Shown here: positions 54,819 to 64,000 of the stretch, piece by piece | How the letters are laid out: each line of letters begins with the position of its first letter | How positions within the stretch are numbered: position 1 is the first letter of the stretch | Assembly: GCA_049966395.1 (NCBI GenBank) | Contig: JBMFUT010000002.1 | Coordinates: 10,583 to 74,582 of the forward strand | Origin: Candidatus Micrarchaeia archaeon | Lineage (GTDB): Archaea; Micrarchaeota; Micrarchaeia; Micrarchaeales; CABMGC01 | Direction: 5' to 3' | DNA: 64,000 nucleotides | Translations under genes and position numbers: made by a program | Notes under the pieces: model-generated | Databases searched by the model: none | Told to the model about the DNA's origin: nothing | Seen by the model: only the letters and a program-made list of their open reading frames with translations

Positions 54819-55285
54819 ACAGCAGCATAGTGAATCTTCTGTTTCAGCTCTTGCCAATAGCGCTCGGCGTTGCTATTCTTGTTTCATTGAGGTCAATGAA
54901 TTTTGTCAAGCGCTATGCGATTCTGCACTTTCAAGATGAGCCAGGCAGCCCAGGAAGCAGCGCCTCAGAGCTGCCAGAGGCAAACGGCTTCAAGGAATTC
55001 GCATATGGCGAACTTATAATCAACGGAATATTCGAGGGCAGAAAAAACAGCATTGAGCATCGCGCCATGTCAGAACTATTGCTGGTAAGCGCATTGTCGT
55101 TGCACAGGCTGTCCGGAGCCTTCAATCCTCGCAATCACGACATCCTGAAGGTTGCCGTAAGCTCGTACGATGATGCGGCTAGCACTGTCTGCGCAGCGTG
55201 CAGCTATAGCAAGGCGGGAGGAATACTGCTTTCATACATGATAAATTACAAGCTTGACATAGAGGTCATTACACGAACATTATAG
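54815..55285 (+). CDS. hypothetical single-pass membrane protein of the operon
   Basis: The ATG at 54815 overlaps the upstream stop (ATGA). N-terminal helix: IVNLLFQLLPIALGVAILVSL. Confidence 0.5.
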   Translation: MNSSIVNLLFQLLPIALGVAILVSLRSMNFVKRYAILHFQDEPGSPGSSASELPEANGFKEFAYGELIINGIFEGRKNSIEHRAMSELLLVSALSLHRLSGAFNPRNHDILKVAVSSYDDAASTVCAACSYSKAGGILLSYMINYKLDIEVITRTL

Positions 55286-55323
55286 TTAGTCTGATATTCT
55301 CGCTTGCAAAGCTTACAGGCATC

Positions 55324-55467
55324 TTGGCAAGCCTTGCGCTTAGCACGCTCATACTTGCAGGCGCATTCGCCCCAGAGGGAAAGGTAAAAAGCGTAGAATA
55401 TTCTATCGGGGCAGCGATGGCCCTTACATTTGCTGTTGCAATTGCTGCATATCTGGTGTTTTCGTGA
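55324..55467 (+). CDS. small hydrophobic hairpin protein not in the ORF track (TTG start; the open frame extends up to 55258)
   Basis: The frame encodes (IIVSLIFSLAKLTGIL)ASLALSTLILAGAFAPEGKVKSVEYSIGAAMALTFAVAIAAYLVFS. Its TGA overlaps the GTG of the next ORF (GTGA). Confidence 0.4.
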   Translation: MASLALSTLILAGAFAPEGKVKSVEYSIGAAMALTFAVAIAAYLVFS

Positions 55468-55748
55468 TAAAAATTAAAAAAATTTACAAGGAAACAAGTC
55501 TTGTGCGTTTGTATGCGTCTGCAATTCTGGCAGGGGCGGGTGTGGGGTCTACAGCTTCAATTGTATTGTCATATGTTGACCAAATAAAATTAGGGCCTCT
55601 CTGCATGGTTTTTGCTTCGGGGCTGTTTGTAATGGTATCGTGGCTCAGGCACGGGCATCCACCTGGGCTGCTGCTTTCCAAAAAAATACTCGCCATAGCG
55701 GTGCTCAATATTGCGATCGCTGTGCTTTACGTTGTGGTGCTTTCTTGA
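55464..55748 (+). CDS. small three-helix membrane protein of the operon (GTG start)
   Basis: 94 aa with hydrophobic segments LYASAILAGAGVGSTASIVL, LCMVFASGLFVMVSWL and ILAIAVLNIAIAVLYVVVL. Confidence 0.5.
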   Translation: MIKIKKIYKETSLVRLYASAILAGAGVGSTASIVLSYVDQIKLGPLCMVFASGLFVMVSWLRHGHPPGLLLSKKILAIAVLNIAIAVLYVVVLS

Positions 55749-55750
55749 GC

Positions 55751-57928
55751 GTGAAATTATTCAATGTATCTTCAATTCCGGATCCGATGCGGCATATCAA
55801 CATGGTCAAAGCGCCATTGGGAAAGCCTTTCATGATAATACACAACCTTGCGTCATCATCAACGCTTGTGGCAGTTTCTGATAGCCGCGTAATCAAAGAC
55901 ATGCAAAATGCAGTTCTTGGCATGGAGTTTTCAGAACCTGGCGGAATAGTGGAACCCAACAATCCGATGATTATCACATTCTTCTCCCTACATGGCAAAA
56001 TGCAAATTCTTGAAGGCATTTACGCTGCGTTGAGGGGCTATGATGCTAGGGTTATAGTATCATTCATGCCTGCGGAGATGGCATATGTAGAGAACATGCG
56101 CAAGCGCCTCGAAAGCGCAATGAGTACGGAGGGCACTAGGTTCACCAGAAGCCTCAAAGGTAGATTCGGTTACGAGCAGGCAGGATCGCTCCAGATGGAC
56201 CTTTATTACGGCTCAGTCGAAAAGAGGATCGCTGAAGCCATGTTAGAAACTCTGAACGAATCCATTTTAGCAAATGGTATGGCATACAAGCTCGCCATAG
56301 CCATAGATGCAAAAGATCCGGAATGCGCCGAGCGAGCCAGGAGGTTTGTCATGTCACGAGTGCTTGTGCTTGATGAAAAAAGAGCACGCATCTCAGGCTT
56401 TGAAAGGCTTTTCGATTATCTCAAGTCAGCAGAAGCGGTCCCGTTCAGCATGCGCCTTGCTTCCCAGGCAGTTTCGTTTTCAGATAGGATACTTAGAGTA
56501 GTGCCGGTTGCCACCGCAAAGCCGATGCCTTTCCAAGGTGAAATCACGATAGGCTACTTTGTAGAGGATGCTGTTTCTCCAACCGGAGAAAAGATAACAA
56601 CAAGCAAATCTTCTTTCAACCTTGGCACTATAATAACTGGTTTGCCAGGCTATGGCAAGACAAGAGCTGCAATGTCGCTAGTAAGCCAGCTCGTAGGGAA
56701 TAACATGCCCTCTGTAATAATCTCTCCCACTGACGAATGGAATGCTTTTGCAGAATCGCATGGGATGCGCGTGATAAAATTTTACAACCAAGAAATACCA
56801 ATAAACTTTTTCTCGTGCCCAACAGGCACTAATGTCGAGCGCTTCTACGAAAACCTCGCAATGTTGATGGCCGCTGCATCAAATGCTGGCCCATACAAAA
56901 ACTCGCTGGAAAAGTGCCTGCTTTCGGCATTCCAAAAGGCTTACGCGAGCTCTGCCGATCCGGACCCTGTATCTACATACGATTACATAGAGGAAGCAAT
57001 AATAGAGCAACACGGGAAGCGCAGCAACGTCGGAGTAAAATATACAAAACACGGCGAAAACATAAAAGCAGCTTTGGAGAACCTTAGGCTGATGCTATCG
57101 AGACCAGAGTTTGCTACAAAAAACAGCGCGAATTTCAGGGAGCTCGTGGATAACGGCGTCCTTTTCGACCTCTCTGCAGTTAGCAACGAGATGAAACCCT
57201 TCTTCTACGCCCTAATACTAAACCAGGTTTACGCCATTGCAGATTCTTTCGATTCCTATGGGGAGCATGACTTAAGGATGCTTGTATGCATAGAAGAAGC
57301 GCAGCTGGCTTTCGGGGAGCAGCAGTCAGCGGCATCTTCTGATCTAAAGCAGCGCATACAAGACTTCAGGAAGCGCGGAATAGCCTTGATACTGATCGCT
57401 CACAGCGTGACTGAGATAGATGTAGGCATAAGGAGGCTATGCCAGACAAAGCTTTACTTCAGGCAGAGTTCAGATGTCGTTAAACTGGCGTCGCTTGACA
57501 TTGGAATGGAGGACAACGAGCAGATAATGGCAAGTTTGAGATCTCTCGGCCAGAGGAGATGCGCCTTAAGCTACGTAAGCTACGACAGGGGCAACAGAAG
57601 GCCTTCTGGTGCAGTCTTTGCCGAAATACCTGAGGGAGAGATTTACGGAAGCGTTGCCGCATCGCACGAAAGAAGCCAACCAGCGATCCCAAAGATGATA
57701 GACTGCAATATTTCTATAGGCGGTGCAGAAAGTCGCACTGGAATGCGCGTAGATCTTCACTATTTGGGAGAGAGGAGAGCGTCAGCGCTGCTCAGCAGTT
57801 CAGGCAACGTAATTTTCAAAGGACTGATAGAAGGAGCACAATACACACTGTTGTTGCGCGGCGAAAAGGCTAAGGACAGCATATCATTAAAATTCAGCGC
57901 TTCCGATCACGTCACATTGAAGCTGTAG
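55751..57928 (+). CDS. large HerA/VirB4-superfamily P-loop ATPase with a C-terminal beta-rich (carboxypeptidase-regulatory-like) tail
   Basis: Walker A GLPGYGKT (56639-56662), Walker B MLVCIEEAQ, and RKRGIALILIAHS...CQTKLYFRQS. The start is uncertain: GTG 55751, ATG 55787 or ATG 55802. The first 37 codons of the track ORF overlap the previous gene. Confidence 0.6.
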   Translation: MKLFNVSSIPDPMRHINMVKAPLGKPFMIIHNLASSSTLVAVSDSRVIKDMQNAVLGMEFSEPGGIVEPNNPMIITFFSLHGKMQILEGIYAALRGYDARVIVSFMPAEMAYVENMRKRLESAMSTEGTRFTRSLKGRFGYEQAGSLQMDLYYGSVEKRIAEAMLETLNESILANGMAYKLAIAIDAKDPECAERARRFVMSRVLVLDEKRARISGFERLFDYLKSAEAVPFSMRLASQAVSFSDRILRVVPVATAKPMPFQGEITIGYFVEDAVSPTGEKITTSKSSFNLGTIITGLPGYGKTRAAMSLVSQLVGNNMPSVIISPTDEWNAFAESHGMRVIKFYNQEIPINFFSCPTGTNVERFYENLAMLMAAASNAGPYKNSLEKCLLSAFQKAYASSADPDPVSTYDYIEEAIIEQHGKRSNVGVKYTKHGENIKAALENLRLMLSRPEFATKNSANFRELVDNGVLFDLSAVSNEMKPFFYALILNQVYAIADSFDSYGEHDLRMLVCIEEAQLAFGEQQSAASSDLKQRIQDFRKRGIALILIAHSVTEIDVGIRRLCQTKLYFRQSSDVVKLASLDIGMEDNEQIMASLRSLGQRRCALSYVSYDRGNRRPSGAVFAEIPEGEIYGSVAASHERSQPAIPKMIDCNISIGGAESRTGMRVDLHYLGERRASALLSSSGNVIFKGLIEGAQYTLLLRGEKAKDSISLKFSASDHVTLKL

Positions 57929-59127
57929 CCAATTCCAAGCCTGCGCTGGCTGTACAGGTTTGTAAGCACCTTGCTATTCTGCAGCCATATCCTGAATTTT
58001 ATCATCATTTTTGCGTCCACGTGCCTTGCCACCTCGCTCATGTCGTCAAAAACAATTGGCTTGTTTCTCAGCGCCGCCCTTACGTGCTCCCTGACATTCC
58101 ACACTCCCACCGGCATGGTGTAACCTTCGTGCGCTTCCCTCATTATTACCACAGCCGCCTGCCTTCCTATCTTTTCAAGAAATTCGCTTACTGCAAGCCT
58201 CGCTGCATAGTAGCAGCCGCCTATTTCAGCGTAATCTTTCCTCCCCTCGAAAAACTCGTGCGAAGAGTATATAGCAACTTTCTCTCCCGCCACGTTCCAT
58301 ACTGTCTTGGGGTACCATGCCTCTATGAGCTCGTAGTTCCAAGCCATCGGAAGCATCAGCACAATCCATCTGTTGTCCAAGGCCTCGTTCTCATACACCC
58401 TTATGGAGTCTATATAGCCGTAGCTCTTGACATTTGCGAGGTTAGCCTTTGATACTGTGTCATCAACCGCAGTGATGCTCCATCGAGTAGGCACGTACTT
58501 GCGCCTTTTACCCAAGCCAAGCGTACCTGCTGACAGTGCTTTCTGTATTTTTGAAACAAGAACCCCTTTCTTGTAGAGCTCTAGAATGCTTTCGGTTGCT
58601 GTAGCATCGGTGTCATGGTAAGCATTTTCTATATCCTTGTTTGCATGAGCGCTGCCTATAGAGAAGCTTTCAATAGGTGCGCTAGGCCCGAAAGGCTGCG
58701 TTACGTCGTCAAAAACGGGCTTCATTATTGGTGGGCGCGAAAACTTGGCATCGGCATAAACATACTTATCAGATATTGCAAGTTCAGTAAGCATCTCCTC
58801 TATTTTACCTCTGTCTGGGTTGAAAACGTTGGTTCTGTGCATTCCCCTTACCAGCAGGGACCTGAATTTTACTATTTCTTCCATATCCTTGCCTGGCCAC
58901 GATTCGGGAGTGCCCAAAATGGTGGTATCTCCATATTGTGGCGGGACCAGCGGCCCAACGAAAACGTTCGGGTAACCGTAGCTCCCTACAAAAAGATCAG
59001 GAGGTGTTGAGCCCTCTATTTCGTTGCCTTTTATCATAGAAAGCGTTTTCATCCTATAATACGCCCTGATAAAAGAAGGGCTGCGCATGTTCTTATATAC
59101 CTGGTCTGTCCTCTCTATCTCAAGCAT
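57907..59127 (-). CDS. Nre-family (DUF650/DUF651, COG1602) putative DNA repair protein
   Basis: 406 aa. TPPDLFVGSYGYPNVFVGPLVPP and ...VPTRWSITAVDD... match my recollection of archaeal NreA/NreB. Confidence 0.55.
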   Translation of the reverse strand: MLEIERTDQVYKNMRSPSFIRAYYRMKTLSMIKGNEIEGSTPPDLFVGSYGYPNVFVGPLVPPQYGDTTILGTPESWPGKDMEEIVKFRSLLVRGMHRTNVFNPDRGKIEEMLTELAISDKYVYADAKFSRPPIMKPVFDDVTQPFGPSAPIESFSIGSAHANKDIENAYHDTDATATESILELYKKGVLVSKIQKALSAGTLGLGKRRKYVPTRWSITAVDDTVSKANLANVKSYGYIDSIRVYENEALDNRWIVLMLPMAWNYELIEAWYPKTVWNVAGEKVAIYSSHEFFEGRKDYAEIGGCYYAARLAVSEFLEKIGRQAAVVIMREAHEGYTMPVGVWNVREHVRAALRNKPIVFDDMSEVARHVDAKMMIKFRIWLQNSKVLTNLYSQRRLGIGYSFNVT

Positions 59128-59138
59128 TCATACACAGT

Positions 59139-59696
59139 CTATATTGGGGCGCCAACGCCTAAATCCTTTACCTTTCTTACATTTTCATAAAGCTCAAGGC
59201 TTCTTATTATCTGCTCATTCGCATCTTTTATCTCTTTTATTATAGCGAAGGCAGCATCCAAGTTCTTTTCTGAAGATCTTATTACAGTAACATAAGGCAC
59301 CAGGACAAAAGGTGTCATGATATCACTGCCTGCAGTTGCAGCTATCCTTTCAACATCAAACCTGTCAATTCCTATATCTATTTTGTAAACCTTCTTTATC
59401 CTCTCGCAAGTGGTGCTTATGCTTGGCAAAATATTCATATACTCTATTGCCGCATGCCTGTTCTGCCCTTCTATAATCATTTCAAGCTTCTTGTCGATTT
59501 TTTTGCGCGCGTCAATTTCTTTAATTTTGGCTTTGGCCGCTGACTCATCTGAAATTCCAAATGACATCAGATGTGAGAAAAAATTTGCCCTCTGCGCACT
59601 GAGTACCTTTTTTTCAAGTTTCAGTATGCTTATACTGATCTCGAAGTTCTCATGCGGATTGTTTTTAATTTCTGCAATTTCCCCCATGGAACCCAC
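59139..59696 (-). CDS. hypothetical protein
   Basis: 185-aa ORF with no recognisable motif, upstream of and co-oriented with the Nre-like gene. Confidence 0.4.
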   Translation of the reverse strand: MGSMGEIAEIKNNPHENFEISISILKLEKKVLSAQRANFFSHLMSFGISDESAAKAKIKEIDARKKIDKKLEMIIEGQNRHAAIEYMNILPSISTTCERIKKVYKIDIGIDRFDVERIAATAGSDIMTPFVLVPYVTVIRSSEKNLDAAFAIIKEIKDANEQIIRSLELYENVRKVKDLGVGAPI

Positions 59697-59977
59697 AATC
59701 TTATGATTTTGTTATCATATAAAAACTTTTGCATAGGCTTACGGATTGTCTAATTTTCTAATGGTGCCATAATCAGCGCTTTTCGGGATTATTTTATGTC
59801 GATTACATTAAGTATACTTATTTATACAAAATGAAATATTTAAATACTTTAAGTGTTAATTAAAAATTAAGAGTAGCGCTGCCTTGCGCTTTATAAGAAG
59901 GCTTTTCTGGGTTTTTAATTGCTGTGCGCTGTGGCTAGCGTCAGCGTGCTAATTTGTCAAATTGTATCCTGGGTGTT

Positions 59978-61678
59978 ATGATGAGTATAAGGTATAAGAT
60001 AACGAAGATGTTTAATTTTGGAAAAAAAGATCCCAGCGGCATAAAGATAACATTGGGCAAGTCAAGATACCTGCTTTCAAGGCCAATAAAACTTGAAAAT
60101 ATCCATGGGACTTTTACGTTTGTGCGGCGTTTTGCATGGAAGAAGCATGGCGGCACGTTATCGATAAGCCCCTCTAACGAGGCAAACCCACACATGCTGA
60201 TATTTGGTATGAGCGGACAAGGCAAGAGCTCATTGCTGCGGAGCATGATGGCAGATATAAGGGAATCGGGTGCAGGCGTGATAGTCTTCGACGCCCACAA
60301 CGAGCATGAAAAAACGGTTAGTAGCATAGGAGGCACAGTGGTGAATGCAGCAAATTCTGGCATAAACATATTCGCGTTAGAAGGAAGCACTGTTGGGGAG
60401 CGCATATCTGAGCTTTCCTCGATTTTCAGGCAGGTATACTCCCTTGGTTACCTTCAGGCAATAAAGCTTGAAGAATGCATGTGGTATGCCTACAGAAAAT
60501 GCGGAGCTTCAAGCAGAAGCGACACGCGACTGCTCAGGGAGCCTGTGCTACGTGACATAATGGCAGAGCTAAGCATATTCATAAAAATGTCAAAAAGCTC
60601 GTCAGAGCAAAACAGCCTTATGCACATAAGGAGCAGGCTTTCGCAGCTCTACAGCAGCTTTGGAAACACAGGCAGCATGGATTTGGGCAAAATGGAAAGC
60701 GGCATAACTTCTTTTTCGCTTGCGGGTCTAAGGAATGAAGAATCGCAGCTAATATACATAAACGAGCTTCTCAGAAGGCTGTACGCAAGGATGAAATCTA
60801 GAGAGAAGGAGAAGGGAGTTGGAATGTATATAATAATAGACGAGGCGCAGCAAATAATAAACGATTCCGATTCCCAAATAATAAAGAAAATAACAGAAGA
60901 AGGGCGCAAGTACGGCATAGGGGTAATAATAGCAACGCACATGGCTAGCAGATTGCCAAGGGAAATAGTTGCAAACGCTTCAACATTCATAACTTTCTAT
61001 TCAAGAGAGCCTCAGGAGGTCAATTACGTAGCCAACGTGATGTCAGAAGGAATGGCAGAGAAGGCATATGAAGTAAAGAAAATGCTTCAGAAGCTAAGAC
61101 AGAATGAAGCCATGGTCCTGAGTTGCGCGGTTCGAGAGCCCTGTGTTGTCGAAACGCCACGGGCAATTTTCAGTCCTGTGCCAGAAGCTGTCCAGGCTTC
61201 TGCAAGAAAGCCTGTGCTGGTTAGCTCCTCGGAGCTGATAGAAGGCATGCAAAACATGTACTTAAAATCTGGTGACAAAACAGAGCACTGGGTGATGGAC
61301 AAAAACGCCTCGACCAGCATAGAGCACGAGGTAAGCGTAAAGAAGATAGCAGAAGCACTGTATAGTCTAAGCATAAAGGCATCAATAATCAACAACTCAA
61401 ACGGCCCTGACCTAGTGGCTTACCACGATGGCAAAAAGATAGCAATAGAATATGAAACAGGCAGGAAAAAATTCAGCGACACTGCAAGGATGATTGCAGC
61501 AAGAAAGAAAGATTACGACGCAGTAATAATAGTAGTCAACGATGCTGCCTACAAGTTCTACAAGAACTATTTCGAAGACGACAGCGTGTGCGTAATCCCA
61601 TCGTCGTCTTCTACTCTTTTGGACAGCCTACGAAATGCAATAAAATTCGCTGCAACTGTGAAATGCGAGGGCTCCTGA
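59978..61678 (+). CDS. HerA/DUF87-type P-loop ATPase fused to a C-terminal restriction-endonuclease-like (Mrr/PD-(D/E)xK-like) domain
   Basis: ITLGKS...NPHMLIFGMSGQGKSSLL (Walker A 60206-60229), Walker B MYIIIDEAQ, and EEGRKYGIGVIIATH. The C-terminal ~110 aa are ...EHEVSVKKIAEALYSL...GPDLVAYHDGKKIAIEYETGRKK.... Confidence 0.55.
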   Translation: MMSIRYKITKMFNFGKKDPSGIKITLGKSRYLLSRPIKLENIHGTFTFVRRFAWKKHGGTLSISPSNEANPHMLIFGMSGQGKSSLLRSMMADIRESGAGVIVFDAHNEHEKTVSSIGGTVVNAANSGINIFALEGSTVGERISELSSIFRQVYSLGYLQAIKLEECMWYAYRKCGASSRSDTRLLREPVLRDIMAELSIFIKMSKSSSEQNSLMHIRSRLSQLYSSFGNTGSMDLGKMESGITSFSLAGLRNEESQLIYINELLRRLYARMKSREKEKGVGMYIIIDEAQQIINDSDSQIIKKITEEGRKYGIGVIIATHMASRLPREIVANASTFITFYSREPQEVNYVANVMSEGMAEKAYEVKKMLQKLRQNEAMVLSCAVREPCVVETPRAIFSPVPEAVQASARKPVLVSSSELIEGMQNMYLKSGDKTEHWVMDKNASTSIEHEVSVKKIAEALYSLSIKASIINNSNGPDLVAYHDGKKIAIEYETGRKKFSDTARMIAARKKDYDAVIIVVNDAAYKFYKNYFEDDSVCVIPSSSSTLLDSLRNAIKFAATVKCEGS

Positions 61679-61755
61679 CGGCACTGCTAATATGAGTGAC
61701 GTCATGCCAGACCGCAAGCATTTTATATGAAAAAGTGCATATTAAGATTGTTGAA

Positions 61756-61962
61756 ATGCGTGCCTATACTATAGCTGGAAAGAAGAGGAGCAAAGAGGAA
61801 ATAAAAAGCAGTATATCTTCTGGCTACCGCATCGGAGATCCACATTACGAGATTTACGGAAAGGAGTATCATGAAGTGAATTTTTCAGAGCAACGTTGCC
61901 CAGTGTGCGGAAGCAAGATAGACGAGCATGGCATGTGCGCTTGCGGCGCAGGCGGCGCATAA
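61756..61962 (+). CDS. small zinc-ribbon protein, hypothetical
   Basis: 68 aa from the ATG at 61756, with a C-terminal CPVCGSKIDEHGMCAC four-Cys motif. Confidence 0.35.
   Translation: MRAYTIAGKKRSKEEIKSSISSGYRIGDPHYEIYGKEYHEVNFSEQRCPVCGSKIDEHGMCACGAGGA

Positions 61963-64000
<2,038 letters not shown>

Noticed and set aside
50700-61700. Calling the ATPase/membrane cluster an integrated conjugative plasmid or provirus
   Set aside because: No integrase, relaxase, replication gene, capsid-like gene, tRNA-fragment att site or flanking direct repeat is visible in the window, and housekeeping genes abut it. This cannot be excluded without the wider genome, so it is left as an alternative in the finding rather than annotated as a mobile element.

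Overview
This is a gene-dense archaeal chromosomal segment with about 70 genes on both strands. The archaeal assignment rests on an HMf-type histone, aRF1, aEF-2 with the diphthamide histidine plus Dph2, RpoK, the L30e-S12-S7-EF2 and L7Ae-S28e-L24e ribosomal operons, TTTAAATA-type TATA boxes 20-35 nt upstream of many starts (often leaderless), an intron-containing tRNA, and an RNase P RNA.

Housekeeping content:
- Four aminoacyl-tRNA synthetases (Arg partial, Ser, Trp, Gly).
- ThiI, mevalonate kinase and a geranylgeranyl reductase.
- A type-III-like P-type ATPase and an M1 aminopeptidase.
- Ogg, a translin-like protein, Nre, and a two-subunit 2-oxoacid:ferredoxin oxidoreductase.

A second theme is the cell surface:
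- A 1023-aa S-layer-like glycoprotein operon.
- Several glycosyltransferases, an NDP-sugar epimerase and a frameshifted NDP-sugar pyrophosphorylase.
- Three tandem class-III-signal-peptide (type IV pilin-like) genes with mosaic, near-identical 5' and 3' modules.

The most unusual content is a tightly coupled nine-gene operon at 50.9-57.9 kb.
- It encodes a VirB2-like hairpin protein, a polytopic membrane protein, a VirB3/VirB4-like pair separated only by an in-frame TGA, small membrane proteins and a second HerA/VirB4-superfamily ATPase.
- A third paralogous ATPase fused to a nuclease-like domain lies at 60-61.7 kb.
- I read this as a conjugation-derived (T4SS/Ced/Ted-like) envelope translocation system sitting among core genes.

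Other notable items:
- A very compact (~232 nt) RNase P RNA.
- A tRNA(CAU) intron carrying two tandem C-box heptamers, and a tRNA-Gly with C33.
- A divergent S12 decoding loop, and low-complexity K/Q/E/A/P tails on ribosomal proteins.
- Two small genes (rpoK, rpl24e) below the ORF-track length cutoff.

The QSAMEYL-type pilin leaders, the small RNase P, the split or frameshifted genes and roughly mid-range GC are reminiscent of small-genome DPANN (Micrarchaeota-like) archaea. That is an impression, not a database result. All functional calls are from motif recognition by eye; no searches were run.
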